A stretch of 64,000 nucleotides of DNA, taken from NCBI RefSeq assembly GCF_001194135.2, contig NC_068992.1, positions 50,689,756 through 50,753,755 of the forward strand, given 5' to 3'. A program made the position numbers and the translations under genes. The notes below the pieces were generated by a model. That model ran no database searches, was not told where the DNA came from, and saw only the letters and a program-made list of their open reading frames with translations. Position 1 is the stretch's first letter; each line of letters starts with the position of its first letter. The DNA is from Octopus bimaculoides. Taxonomy: Eukaryota. Shown here in pieces: positions 13,688-27,466 of the stretch.

Positions 13688-14873
13688 CTTAAGTGTGTGT
13701 GTACATATACANNNNNNNNNNNNNNNNNNNNNNNNNNNNNNNNNNNNNNNNNNNNNNNNNNNNNNNNNNNNNNNNNNNNNNNNNNNNNNNNNNNNNNNNN
13801 NNNNNNNNNNNNNNNNNNNNNNNNNNNNNNNNNNNNNNNNNNNNNNNNNNNNNNNNNNNNNNNNNNNNNNNNNNNNNNNNNNNNNNNNNNNNNNNNNNNN
13901 NNNNNNNNNNNNNNNNNNNNNNNNNNNNNNNNNNNNNNNNNNNNNNNNNNNNNNNNNNNNNNNNNNNNNNNNNNNNNNNNNNNNNNNNNNNNNNNNNNNN
14001 NNNNNNNNNNNNNNNNNNNNNNNNNNNNNNNNNNNNNNNNNNNNNNNNNNNNNNNNNNNNNNNNNNNNNNNNNNNNNNNNNNNNNNNNNNNNNNNNNNNN
14101 NNNNNNNNNNNNNNNNNNNNNNNNNNNNNNNNNNNNNNNNNNNNNNNNNNNNNNNNNNNNNNNNNNNNNNNNNNNNNNNNNNNNNNNNNNNNNNNNNNNN
14201 NNNNNNNNNNNNNNNNNNNNNNNNNNNNNNNNNNNNNNNNNNNNNNNNNNNNNNNNNNNNNNNNNNNNNNNNNNNNNNNNNNNNNNNNNNNNNNNNNNNN
14301 NNNNNNNNNNNNNNNNNNNNNNNNNNNNNNNNNNNNNNNNNNNNNNNNNNNNNNNNNNNTATGACTGGACATAACAGTTTACGCTAAGTAGAAGCCCTCA
14401 GCTTCCACCACAGACAGCTCTGGAGTCTTGTGCATGCGTTTCTCTCTGTATATAGAAATTTTATCGTTATGATATGTGGTTTGTGTCTGATGGTTATGTT
14501 CAAGGTATTTCTCAACATACGAAACTATTAATAACACATTTGACAATACTGAGTCTATTAAATGACAATAAAAAAAAATAATAGTAATAATAATGATAAT
14601 ATATATACATATTTACACATATATGCGTGTGTGTATGTGTGTGTAATTTTTCAATATGTACAAATAACACGCAAAAAAAAAAAAAAAAGTTACCAAGGTA
14701 GCAAAAATTCACGTAAGTGCCAAGGATGATACAGCCTACTTATAAAAGTAGAAATTCCAGGGTTTAAGGAAATGTTTTTGTAAATCATAGATAAATTAAT
14801 TGAGTAAAAACGCAGGTGTTATTCAATAAGTCTGTGTGTATACAGACTGAAGAATGGCACTTCATTTAGAGAA

Positions 14874-14918
<45 letters not shown>

Positions 14919-15115
14919 GTATGTATATTTATATACATTCATATATAATTCATAAATAGATTAATATGCAAATATAGCTGCATATATCGTTATAAATGTA
15001 AAGTACCTTCCAAATAGCCCGAGTTTTTTTGAGGTTGGATAGAGAGCGTGTGTGCGAAAATGTAACGAAAATCCTGCGTTCTTACATATACATGTGTTTG
15101 GTTGTGTGTATGGGG

Positions 15116-15159
<44 letters not shown>

Positions 15160-15520
15160 AATCGAACACATAGCCACTACTTTCACTATAAAATATAGAA
15201 GTGTTTTGTTAGTAAGTAGATTAACAGCAACATAAATGTTTCAATAGATGCATTAAGATGTCCTGTTGAAATGGTCTCATATATATCTGAAAGTCTGTTA
15301 TTTTTTGTATCATAAAAGTACATAAATGGATATACGTTTACACGTAAATGAATATACATAAAATTAAAGCANNNNNNNNNNNNNNNNNNNNNNNNNNNNN
15401 NNNNNNNNNNNNNNNNNNNNNNNNNNNNNNNNNNNNNNNNNNNNNNNNNNNNNNNNNNNNNNNNNNNNNNNNNNNNNNNNNNNNNNNNNNNNNNNNNNNN
15501 NNNNNNNNNNNNNNNNNNNN

Positions 15521-15563
<43 letters not shown>

Positions 15564-17247
15564 GTATCTATCTATCTATCTATCTACATATGTATTTACT
15601 TATATATATATATATATGTGTGTGTATAGATACATATATTAAAAAATATTTAACGGTCCATAGATACACACACACACTTATATATTGTGTGTATCAATGC
15701 ATGTATGCATTATTCTTGAGTGCTTGTAGAACCATCGAAGATAAGATGCTTCTTTTTTATATGTTCCAAGCAATATTATTTCTTTTATGCTGTACGCATA
15801 TTTTGATGGAATAAATCCTACTTTCTAGATAATGTCTTTTTGCTTCTATATTCCAGTTATTTATCGTCCCTTTTTCCTCTCCTCCCTAAACATCTCGTCT
15901 TCAATGAAAGATATTATTTCTTTATTCTCAGTGTGTAGTTAAACTTAAAAATTTCTACTATCAATAATATAATGATCTGAGTACTCGAAGCAGAAGTAAA
16001 TTTATTTCAAACTACAGTGACTCATAGCCTGACCCTTACAAATGTTGCTGAGATTACTTAAACTATATTAGAGTTGGAATATTTTTGCTAAACTCTGATG
16101 TACAGGTAACCTTTTACTGCAAGCTAATAAATCACGGGCGACTTGCACAGAGAAACACATTTTTAGTGTGTAATAATTCCTTTTACTCAAACCGTAATCA
16201 ATATCGATTATCTTCAAGCGTAGACCTCTGTACATTAAGTAAAGCAATGCACTATATCATATGTATTCATATAAGATAGCAGTAAATATCAGGTCATCTT
16301 GAATAGTTTTATAGACAATATAATCATCTAATGTCTCTTTCGCAAGTTCAGATCATAAACAATATAAAATATTCCAAAACTGCCATTAGATATTGCAATA
16401 GGAAATGTTTGGTTAAATGACGACTTATTTGTGGGGTTCATTTTTATCTTTGATTTGTTAATCTTAATTTCTGTTCAATCCTGCGAAATAAAAAATTGTT
16501 TAATAAAAGCTGAACTTCATCGAAGATATTCCCATTGTATTCAATCAAGGAACAGAACCCTACAGTACGAAATAAATACAAAGAATACTTTCCCTAAGAT
16601 ATGATATTATGTGCCGTTAAATATTGTATCAAACATTATATTACGTCACTCATTGAAATCGCTGAATTTTCAAAAATGGCTTCGCTACAGTTAATTTATA
16701 GAAATCATCTAATGATGTCCTACGTGTTATATTTACATTTTTTAGAGATAAAGGAAGGAGGAACAAAATGTTTGGTTACTCTGACGGATGATAAAGCCGA
16801 GTTAATAATATCACATGGTGTTAATGTAAATCATGATTCATTATTTTAGTGTTGAATAAAAAAGTGAATAAAAATCCACATAACAATGTTCTGGAGTAAT
16901 CCGTAATTAATTAATGGACTGACCTATCACATACAACATGTTTGTCTAAGTATTAATTCCGTGCAGTAGTGTGAGTTGGTAGTTTAATAAAATCATGACA
17001 TATTGAAATAATGTAACAGAAAATAGCTGCTCTGTTGCTGGATTAGGGTTTAATTCTTAATCATATATAGGAATTCAGATGGAGAAACTGGTAGTTAAAT
17101 AGGCGTAATGTATTTTGTGATAAATTAAAGCATAGGCGGGGACATGGTGTTTTAGATATAACACGTTTCTTCGAACTGGTTTTTGTAATTTAATTTGTTT
17201 CATAAAACATAGCCAACGCACGCTGCTTTGTGATGTTTTTGGATTTC

Positions 17248-17361
17248 ATGGGACAGCATGTCATGGAGTATATTTCTTTTGCGCCGTTGTTGTTATTGTT
17301 ATTATGTGCAGTTCTAAGAAAGGTCCAAGCTACATATCATTGGTTCGATCTGTCTATCTGC
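17248..17361 (+). CDS. Candidate first coding exon of a secreted or membrane protein (signal peptide)
   Basis: ATG-initiated 38 codons MGQHVMEYISFAPLLLLLLCAVLRKVQATYHWFDLSIC, with a hydrophobic core, a V-Q-A cleavage-like site and a phase-0 GTAAGT donor at 17362. No matching downstream exon found, and the poly-Leu is encoded by a TTG/TTA repeat. Confidence 0.35.
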
Positions 17362-18855
17362 GTAAGTAGTTAACACAGTTTGCTGTGACTCATCAATATG
17401 TACATATATGTTATTGGCGTTTTATTGGGTTGCGTTGCTGAGCTCAGCTTTGCCTAAAGTGATTTTAAAACTGGTTGCTTTCTATACCCAAAGCATAACA
17501 TCCATTAAATATTTGCCTCTGAACGTTACATATATTCATTGTACGATTACATTTATATNNNNNNNNNNTATATATATAACGGAATAAATTTGACGGTGTA
17601 CTTACTAGATAGAAATATAGCAATTGATTTTATTCTTGCTTTTTATTAAATTAATTTGATTGTAGAAGGATATTGATCCTTTGTGGAAAATGTATGTTTT
17701 CACGGACCTTGTAAGGTTAGCCTCTCAAGCTAATCTGTTTCCATATCAGTTTCTCTGTCTCTTTCTCTCTCTTACAGACATATATTTCATTTAATATTTT
17801 GAATTCAAATACTTTCACAGCTATCACTGCCCTAATATCTAACCCAATGTCTCTCTTTCCCAAACTAATCCAATTGATATCTCAGCTATTATCATTATTA
17901 TCAAAGTTCTCTCTCAAACCAGCTATCATTTCTTCGAACTTATTCTCCTCTTCTTCATATCCATCACGTTATTGGATTCCTATTGCTGAACATATATTCC
18001 CTATGCTTCGGAAAAATGGGAAATGGAAACACGAGCAAAATTGCGTTAAGTGCTTTAACAACGAAAGTGAAATGAAATTATTACTGTAATCAAGAACTGA
18101 AATTGTGTTATAAACATGTATTACCGAACAATGCAGTTCAGAATTTCGAGCAGTTATTGCATACATATTCCATAATTTTATATTCTAGATCTGCTCGTGT
18201 TTATCTTCTTATTTTAAACAGTAACCTAATATCTGTATTTACACAATAGAAAGAAATAGATTTTATGAATTTCATGACATTTTTAGAGGATCAACAATAT
18301 ACATCAAATGAAGTGCTGGTAACAGGGAAACGAAATCGCCGACTTAGCTCTTTGTAAGTCTATATTTACTCCACAGGACTGATCTACATTTGTCGCACGA
18401 GACTCTTAACAGTTTTACCTAATCTGGCGGCAGCTGCTCAGTTTACAGTACGGCTCCGTGACTGTGGCTCCCGTAACTAATTAAAGTAATTTAACTTGAC
18501 TTGCGATTTTAGTTACATCACTTTACATTCTGTGTAGAATGTTCGCCGCCGAGGTCGATAAATTCAAATATTCCCTCTCGTCAAACAAGAGGATTTGTAC
18601 CTACTTAAGAAGCACACACACACGCGCCCATATAATTAGTAGGCAGTCAATGATATTCCGTAATGTAGGAACATCACAATATTTCGTTCCACTCCGTTAA
18701 AATACAATATCCATTAGAAAAAAAAAACAGTACAGTGAAGACAAATGCTTCCAAATAATACTGTAACATATTCATTTTAATGCACGTAAAGTTTGTTTAC
18801 TTAAAGATTTGAAGATTTCGAAGGAAAAGTGCAAGTTAATCAATACAGCTTTGTA

Positions 18856-18975
18856 GAATCGGAGGAGCATCGGAAGAAATGTCATGCGGTTTTTAGTTAC
18901 TACGAATTACACCCAAAGGTTGAATTCAGCCAAAATAAATTTTCATCCCTCCGGTGCAAGAAAATAGTACCAATC
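18856..18975 (+). mobile_element. Degenerate SINE family B fragment
   Basis: Weak colinear similarity to the 13242 copy (agaatcg...gaaatg...gcggt...tgaattc...tttcatcc...agtacca). Confidence 0.4.
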
Positions 18976-19508
18976 AAAGAATGATGCCATGTTTTTTCGA
19001 TTGTCCTTGTTCCTATCCTTTGTGACTGTGTGTGTGTGTGTGTGTGTTTCATATAAAATTAGTGTACATTTAACCACAAAAGAGGTGAGATTAACAGGAC
19101 ACCTTACATGCTAGAAGGAACAGTCAAAATCCAAATCACGGTTAAGAGCAATTTCGAAGGGAATGAAAAATAAAAACATTTACCATATTTTGTTCATGTA
19201 TGTAGGTTTCGAACATTAATTAACAAATAAATTTAGTAATTTTGAAGTAAGTCGATATATATATATATATATANNNNNNNNNNNNNNNNNNNNNNNNNNN
19301 NNNNNNNNNNNNNNNNNNNNNNNNNNNNNNNNNNNNNNNNNNNNNNNNNNNNNNNNNNNNNNNNNNNNNNNNNNNNNNNNNNNNNNNNNNNNNNNNNNNN
19401 NNNNNNNNNNNNNNNNNNNNNNNNNNNNNNATATATTCATTGTTATATATGTGTATGTATACTTACACATTCACACACACAAATATATGTATCACCCATA
19501 ATCCTTTT

Positions 19509-19547
<39 letters not shown>

Positions 19548-20490
19548 AAGTAATTCTCGTTTTGTTTATTGTTGTTACAGGATGTGAAAATGGTTCCTTT
19601 TCTTCGAATATTGTGAGAAAGTGTCACTTATAGCCATAACGATTTACTTTTGGAAAGGATTTATAAAACAAAAAGTAACTAAATCTATGTAGATGTAAAG
19701 AAATAAAACAAATTGCTTAAAGAAAGAAAGGAGCGTCTAAATGGAGTACTTTTTCGTTGAACTAGTTCAATCGTGAAGATAACTTTTGGCCAGGAAATTT
19801 CTTTTATTTGACTTAAAGTTTGTTTACAAGGAGCAGTTATATATTTGATAATGTGAAAATGATTTGAAAGTTAAGACAAATCTGTCAGAAACTAAACTAT
19901 GCCTATTATAAACGAAAAGGAGAAGAATCAGGAAATACGTATTTTATTTTTGTTAAATAACAAAGAAAAATAAAGAGTTTATATAATGGGTTTATATCCT
20001 AAATTTAAAATTGTTTTAATGCTTATCTAGCAATAAATAAACGACAGAAACACTGTTTATTACACAGTCTACAGTTTACATAACCTTAAAAATAGAAACG
20101 AAATACATGAAAACGTAGTTTCAAATGTTTTTTGAACAAATAAAATGTTGAAATTTATTCTGTTTATTGATTAAAGTAAGGAGAGAATCGCTGCCCGTTT
20201 AGCTAAAAAAGTGAAACTATATGGTCAATATTTTTATATTTAGACAAAATTTTTCTATATGATTAGTTTTAACAGAATGTTCCTTGTCTTAAATATCTAT
20301 CTTTTTCAAAGTAACACGAAACTATAAAGTTAGATGAATAATATTGGCTTTCAGATGTATCGAAATATAGAAAAGAATATTTTTTTCCCGCTATGTGAAT
20401 CTTGATATGTGGCTCTGTATGTATGTGTGTTTGTGATGCATATATATATGCACACACACATATATATGCATATGAGTATATATAATAACA

Positions 20491-20579
20491 CTGCTGCTGC
20501 TGCTACTACTACTACTACTACTACTGATTATGATGATGATGGTAATAATAATAACAATAATAACAACAACAACAAAAAC

Positions 20580-20618
<39 letters not shown>
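20491..20618. repeat. Compound trinucleotide repeat (CTG)-(CTA)-(GAT)-(AAT/AAC)
   Basis: Adjacent triplet arrays read directly. Confidence 0.95.
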
Positions 20619-20653
20619 CATAGTAACATTTATAATTATTTTTATTGTTATAA

Positions 20654-20690
20654 GCTGGTGAGCTGGCAGAATTGATCACTGCGTAAGACA
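20654..20690 (+). mobile_element. SINE family B head fragment
   Basis: gctggtgagctggcagaatt matches the head of the 29776 copy. Confidence 0.45.
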
Positions 20691-22499
20691 AAACTAGAAC
20701 TAACAACTCGAAAACATTATTCGAGAAAAGCATTTTGTATTGCACGTAACGAATTAAAAGGACAAACGACTATAGTGACTGAAAATGCAGGAAACACACC
20801 ATGGATCTTTTCACATTACGCAATATGCTCAGTTTCGGTATAATACAGTATACGCGTATAAATGCGTAGTATGTGTAGATGAATGGTCCCAGTAAATTTC
20901 AGTTCACAAAATAAATATGTCGTACAGTCTCGAGTTATAAGATTTGATTTATAGTATTAGATGCCATATGATTCAATATATATATATGTATATATATANN
21001 NNNNNNNNNNNNNNNNNNNNNNNNNNNNNNNNNNNNNNNNNNNNNNNNNNNNNNNNNNNNNNNNNNNNNNNNNNNNNNNNNNNNNNNNNNNNNNNNNNNN
21101 NNNNNNNNNNNNNNNNNNNNNNNNNNNNNNNNNNNNNNNNNNNNNNNNNNNNNNNNNNNNNNNNNNNNNNNNNNNNNNNNNNNNNNNNNNNNNNNNNNNN
21201 NNNNNNNNNNNNNNNNNNNNNNNNNNNNNNNNNNNNNNNNNNNNNNNNNNNNNNNNNNNNNNNNNNNNNNNNNNNNNNNNNNNNNNNNNNNNNNNNNNNN
21301 NNNNNNNNNNNNNNNNNNNNNNNNNNNNNNNNNNNNNNNNNNNNNNNNNNNNNNNNNNNNNNNNNNNNNNNNNNNNNNNNNNNNNNNNNNNNNNNNNNNN
21401 NNNNNNNNNNNNNNNNNNNNNNNNNNNNNNNNNNNNNNNNNNNNNNNNNNNNNNNNNNNNNNNNNNNNNNNNNNNNNNNNNNNNNNNNNNNNNNNNNNNN
21501 NNNNNNNNNNNNNNNNNNNNNNNNNNNNNNNNNNNNNNNNNNNNNNNNNNNNNNNNNNNNNNNNNNNNNNATATATATATATATATATACACACATTTAT
21601 AGATAGACAAAAATATATATGAATGTGTATGTAATTGTTGGTGCGTGTGTGTGTGTGCGCACGCACACTCAAACAAATACAAGCACACCTACATATACAT
21701 GTACATATAAATGTATATATACGTGTATATAGATATATACATTTGTACACACGCGCGCGTGTATGTCGCAGATTTTGGCACATGACCTTATATTACTTTA
21801 GAAAAAGGCGCCTGATAAAACGATTTACACGATGGCCAGACTCTACATGTATTTAGGTTTTCTTCATCATTTCTTATCAAAACGACAGGTAGAAACAAAA
21901 ATTAAATGCAAACGAAAGAGAAACGATTTCGCCGAATCAGCAATTATATATATATGAGAGAGAGAGAGGGGCAAAAACACATCCAGTAGATACTTACAGC
22001 ATTATCTGTGCCAAGAAACTGATAAATAATCAGACCTCAGGCAGAATATACAGTAAGAAGTCAAGCGTAATGATGATGAAACCACCTGTTCAGACATAGA
22101 TAGTGTTCCAGTGATAGGAAAGATAAAAAAAAGACAACATTATATGAATGTGTAAAAGCATGCGAATATGTCTGTGCAAATACATAGATGAATGCAGCTC
22201 GGTGCACGTATCTCATTGTTTGTGTATGAGGAGGTGTCTAGTAATTGGTTATAGAGTGGAAGTAATTCTCTGGTGATAAGGTATCATTACAAAATTTTCA
22301 GCTTCAAGCAACTTCTAACACCTTCAGATAGTAGCTGACTTGGATAATGGCGATGGATTGAATAAATTACGAAGTTAACAATACAGTCGACATGTTGACA
22401 GAAAAATATTTCGAACTCTGTTAAAGAACGATTATAAAACTAATGATGTCAATGAATCAGAAAATAACAATAAAATAAAATAAAGTGCATATATTTATG

Positions 22500-22630
<131 letters not shown>

Positions 22631-22749
22631 ATATGTATGTATGTATGCATGAATATATGAATGTATTTGTATGTATTTATGTATGTATGTACGCATGTGT
22701 AAACATATATACATAAAATATGCGCATCTTTTAATTATATAATTTAATT

Positions 22750-23188
22750 GTTTCAGTCATTAGATTGCAGCCGTGCAGGGGCAGCGCCTTGAAGAATTTT
22801 AAATCGAATTAATTGACCCCAATATCTTTCTTAAGCCTGGTACTTAAACTATGGATTACTTTTGTCGAACCACTAGGTTACGAGTATATAAACATACCAA
22901 TTCCGCTTTTTAAGTCGTCGTGGGGGGATATAGATAGAAACAAAGACACAAACACACGCACTCTCACTCGCACACACACAAACACGCACACACACAAACC
23001 CGTACACACACACATGTATGCATATATATAAGATAGGGCTTCCTTCTGTTTCCATCTACCAAATCCGCTCACATGGCTTTGGTCGGCCCGAAGTTATAGT
23101 AGGACACAGAGAGGGTGCCACGAAGTGGGATTGAACCCGAAACCATGTGGATGGGAAGCAAGTTTCTTACCACACAGCCACGACTGCT
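22750..23188 (-). mobile_element. tRNA-derived SINE, local family C, with internal microsatellite
   Basis: The reverse strand starts GCAGTCGTGGCTGTGTGG (A-box) ... GGTTCAATCCC (B-box). An internal CA/TA-rich tract lies at ~22945-23030. A colinear homolog lies at 29551-30186. Confidence 0.85.
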
Positions 23189-23355
23189 TACATATACATA
23201 TATGTATGCATACACACAAACCTACATACATGCATACACAGAGACACAGAAACCAACTAACATCTCTCTCGCTCTGTGTGTATATATGTATTTTATATGT
23301 ATGTATGTATGAATGTATCTATCAAGCCAGCTAGCTAGCTCACCATCTCTCTCTC

Positions 23356-23398
<43 letters not shown>

Positions 23399-25444
23399 AT
23401 ATNNNNNNNNNNNNNNNNNNNNNNNNNNNNNNNNNNNNNNNNNNNNNNNNNNNNNNNNNNNNNNNNNNNNNNNNNNNNNNNNNNNNNNNNNNNNNNNNNN
23501 NNNNNNNNNNNNNNNNNNNNNNNNNNNNNNNNNNNNNNNNNNNNNNNNNNNNNNNNNNNNNNNNNNNNNNNNNNNNNNNNNNNNNNNNNNNNNNNNNNNN
23601 NNNNNNNNNNNNNNNNNNNNNNNNNNNNNNNNNNNNNNNNNNNNNNNNNNNNNNNNNNNNNNNNNNNNNNNNNNNNNNNATATATAATGATATCCATGCA
23701 TTTGTTTAGATGTGTATTCGTACGTGAATATACCTACACGCACATACATGAGAATTCATACCTATATGCATAAAGACATACCGACACATTTATCATTATA
23801 TAGATAAATTTCCGCACGAAAATAAAACTATCCCTGCTTAATACAGTTTTATTTGATAGGCAGCGGTTCGACACTTTGTAATAAGTAGCTTTCACAGCAA
23901 TTTAGTCCAACGAAATATTGTAATTGGCGTGATAACCCCTTCAACGTTATGATTTACTTTGACAGCTGCATGTCAAGTGTTCCTACTTCCATCGCTTGGT
24001 CTTAATTGAAATATAGACAACTAAAGAACATCGCAGCGTTTCGTCCACATTTACGGGGTGAAAATTCAGGCCGGCTGTGCGCGGATTAACAAATTTCTGT
24101 CATTCAACGACGCTGTATTTCGTATAAATTATGAAAGGCACATCATGCCAAGCGTTTTTTCTATCCTTATTAAAATATCTCTGCTGAAACTGGTTAATGA
24201 TTCAGAGACAACTATCGATCGCATCTTTCAATGCACCATTTGAAATCATAATTTATTCATTGAATGATATTATAAACCTATGATATTTCTTTCCCATACT
24301 AATTAGTAAAGTACACGCTAAGTAATAACTGAAGTTCCTCTAAGCTAGAGGATCTAGAAAGAAGTCCGCCTTCATTATCTGTTGTCGCATAACACTTTCA
24401 AAATCGAACCTTGTCACCCATGAAATATCATATATCATGTGAACAATAGCGTATACTTAAATGCGTACAGCTCTAACAGCCACATTGGAGCATGTTGTTC
24501 TCTTATGTCTAAAGGTTTGCTTTTATACTGCCAAGTTGAACATACCTATAAGAAGAATGCACAAGGCCAGAGCTGCTGAGATCATTCATAAGTTTCACTA
24601 TGTTTGTGACAAATTGTTTCAAACCAAACGAAAGCAAGGTTGTTATCTGATAAACTTACAGCAGAGACGTTACGAATTCTGATATAGACATGTCTATATA
24701 TGTTCTGACACAGACATGTCTATATCTACGTTGATGATGTGTTTTTAGTCTTTTGAAATCATTAATAAGCTAATGATACAGCCTCTACATGGACATCTCA
24801 CATATTTCCGGCTGCTGGAATAGCAAGCAAATGAAATTTAAATCGCATTATACTGCATTCCTCAATGACATAATGAAATGAGATTTACAATATTGCTTAA
24901 AAGATATCCTAATATTTTACTACACTTCATGCTCGTTTAAGAAGTTTAAATGTGAACCATATTAGTGTATTTCTTACACTCTGTATATGGTACCATGATA
25001 CTTCTGAACATGAACTTTATCTGGAATAGTGACAAATAATAGTTCGCTAATGCGCTACAAAACTTGGTCAAATGTTCGGGTTTCTTTTCTGAGCTTATGT
25101 AGCCTCATCAAAGATTTCCAATTCTACGAACGCATTAACTTAAAAATTACACACCATATGAGTTCCGTTACACCTGGCGCAAACATATTTATATTATTGT
25201 TTTATCAATGTATTATCCCTCCCATGGAACCTATACACTGTATTTTGCTCTACTGTTGAGTTGTGAAATTGTAGCTATTTCGAAATCTCTACTGACCCAT
25301 GTCATTTTCATTTTTTTTTAGAAAAAACAGCTATGCTCCTGACCATCTCGGCACTTCGAAATAGCTGCTATCTATGGAACTTATATGTTCACTTCGATAT
25401 TTACTGACAAAGCGATAGGTAGGAAAAATACATATTGAGTCCGT

Positions 25445-25560
25445 AATGGAGCAGCGATGTTTACAGTGGCTGGGTTACAAGTAGACCAAGTCGAAGTTCT
25501 CAGGGAGGCAGACTATACACAAAAAATGGTTCTTATCAATATAAAAGGCTAAGATCTCTA
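25445..25560 (+). mobile_element. Possible ancient LINE ORF2 3' remnant
   Basis: Translates VMEQRCLQWLGY..GRQ..KKW, loosely like the LRWxGH..GRP..W motif; contains stops. Confidence 0.25.
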
Positions 25561-26408
25561 GGCATTATATGAACAGGCAAAACCTTGAATACTGATATAT
25601 GACAAAATGAAAGAAAGAAGTCTGAGAATATTAAGAGAAGGTACACAATGGCCTTGTCAGTTGGCTAGCGAAGAGCACTTTTTAAAATAGGTGTATGAAG
25701 AAGTTGGAAGGATAGGTTCATAATCACTGAAGCTACTGGTTGTTTCGTGGTTGGTGAAAATGAGAAAAACACAAGGAACCAGAAGCGGGGGAACTAGATA
25801 ATCCTGGAGGCAAAGTATATATTTAGTTTAAAAGAGCATGAATATTGAATGTTATAGCAGCAATAGCTAGGTGAAAATTGAGTAAAATTAGCTTGAAGCT
25901 ATTGAGTGTAATTTGTTATTTTGTGGAAAACTCAACTCTCACATCAACAAGATAACTGTACAGTCAATCGTTACATGAACAATACTCTTACGTGAGATTT
26001 GTACTTGAAGTTTAACAATTGTCTGTGCGGTACAGCATTTGTAGCAAGATGATCCTGTTGTTCCTGATTAGAGGCGATCACTCACAAGCTCATAGTAAAA
26101 TAAATTAAATCCAATAATAAATGAAATTAAAAAATGATGGTAATATATAGAAAATATATGTAATATGCTTACAATATATCACAGTGATAAATGGGGATGC
26201 ATTAATATTATAAAATGCCTTCTTCAAAGGCAAGCGGTTAAATATTTAATTGATTTAATTAATTAATATGATAGATGCATTTCTATTAGACTCTGATATT
26301 TAAAAATAAATATCACGAACGTGATCGTTATGACGAGAGGAAACAGTGAGAGAGAGAGAGAGAGAGCAAGAAAGAGAGAGATAGAGAAAGAGAGAGGTGT
26401 ATAGGAAA

Positions 26409-26441
<33 letters not shown>

Positions 26442-26518
26442 AAGAGAGAAAGAGATAGATAGAGAGAGAGAAAACCTAAATAAAATTCGCGCACAGATAA
26501 ACATTTTAATATACAGGA

Positions 26519-26665
26519 AGGTGGCAAGTTAGTAAATGCGTTAGCATGCCGGGAAAAAGCTTAGCAGTATTTCGTCCCTCTTTACGTTATGAGTTCGAAT
26601 TTTACCAAGACTGATTTTGCCTTTCTTCCTTTCGTGGTCAATAAAATATACACTAGTTGAGCATA
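26519..26665 (+). mobile_element. SINE family B, degenerate and 3'-truncated
   Basis: gcgttagcatgccggg...gcttagcagtatttcgtc...tttacgttatgagttcgaat...ctttcgtggtcaataaaat aligns with the 13242 copy. Confidence 0.75.
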
Positions 26666-27044
26666 GGACTAAGTGTGTCCAACTTAGAAAGATCCAATGT
26701 GGTATGGGTAGCCTTTTTAGAAAGTTGTTTCATCAGACGACAGGTCGGAAACACGCCTATAGTGCAGTTAACTAATTGTTTAATTATCGATGGTGGATGG
26801 CTAGAGCCACATTTGATGTAGACATCATCATTTGTTTAATGGAAATATTTACATTTGCTTCTGCTAAGATTCATATTCCTATCGAAAGAATAAATTCCTT
26901 CAAGATTTTGAGTTGACCAAAGATTTTCATAGTGTTTCTCAACTTATTCATACTTTATTCATTCTTATTATGTACTGCTCATTGACCGACCTTCCTCTAT
27001 AGCCTAATGTTAGCGCATTTTATTTTATTATTGAGGTAGGACAA

Positions 27045-27230
27045 GATGGTGAGTTGGCAGAATCGCTAAAGCGTCGGGAAAAATGCTCAGTGTTCAAATT
27101 CCACCGACGTCGGCCTAAATTTTCATACATTTGGGGTCGATAAAATAACTACCAGTTGTATAATGTAGTCGATGTAATCGACTTACAGCTTCCCCGAAAT
27201 TGCTGGCCGACAGACAAATTTTGAAATAGT
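27045..27230 (+). mobile_element. SINE family B with short internal deletion
   Basis: ggtgagttggcagaatcg...gttcaaattcc...ggggtcgataaaata..accagtt...gatgtaatcgact...ccccgaaattgctggcc. Confidence 0.8.
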
Positions 27231-27425
27231 TAATAAGATAGGGTGTAGAAGACAACCAAATCAATCCCAATAATAGCAGTTGCATTGGAACAGCCCCCAT
27301 AAACCATAGAAATATAAATCTTCTGAACATGATGTATCAGCGAATGCAACTTATGTATTTCTCTCTCTCTCTCGCTCGCTCGGTATAAATACGTATGTGT
27401 AAATAAATATACTTACAGGTATATG

Positions 27426-27466
<41 letters not shown>

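Noticed and set aside
19561-19613. Acceptor TTACAG followed by GCENGSFSSNIVRKCHL*
   Set aside because: The phase is incompatible with the 17361 donor (phase 0 stops after 11 codons), and there is no recognisable domain.
21998-22085. Minus-strand 88-nt segment with good acceptor and GTAAGT donor
   Set aside because: Stops in all three frames. It could only be a non-coding exon, which cannot be supported without RNA data.
24233-24248. 16-nt match GCACCATTTGAAATCA to mature miR-29
   Set aside because: The seed differs (ATGCACC rather than TAGCACC) and there is no well-paired precursor arm nearby. RNAfold plus small-RNA reads would settle it.
24686-24721. Two perfect p53 half-sites AGACATGTCT
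   Set aside because: The 16-bp spacer exceeds the canonical 0-13 bp, and a local tandem duplication explains them.
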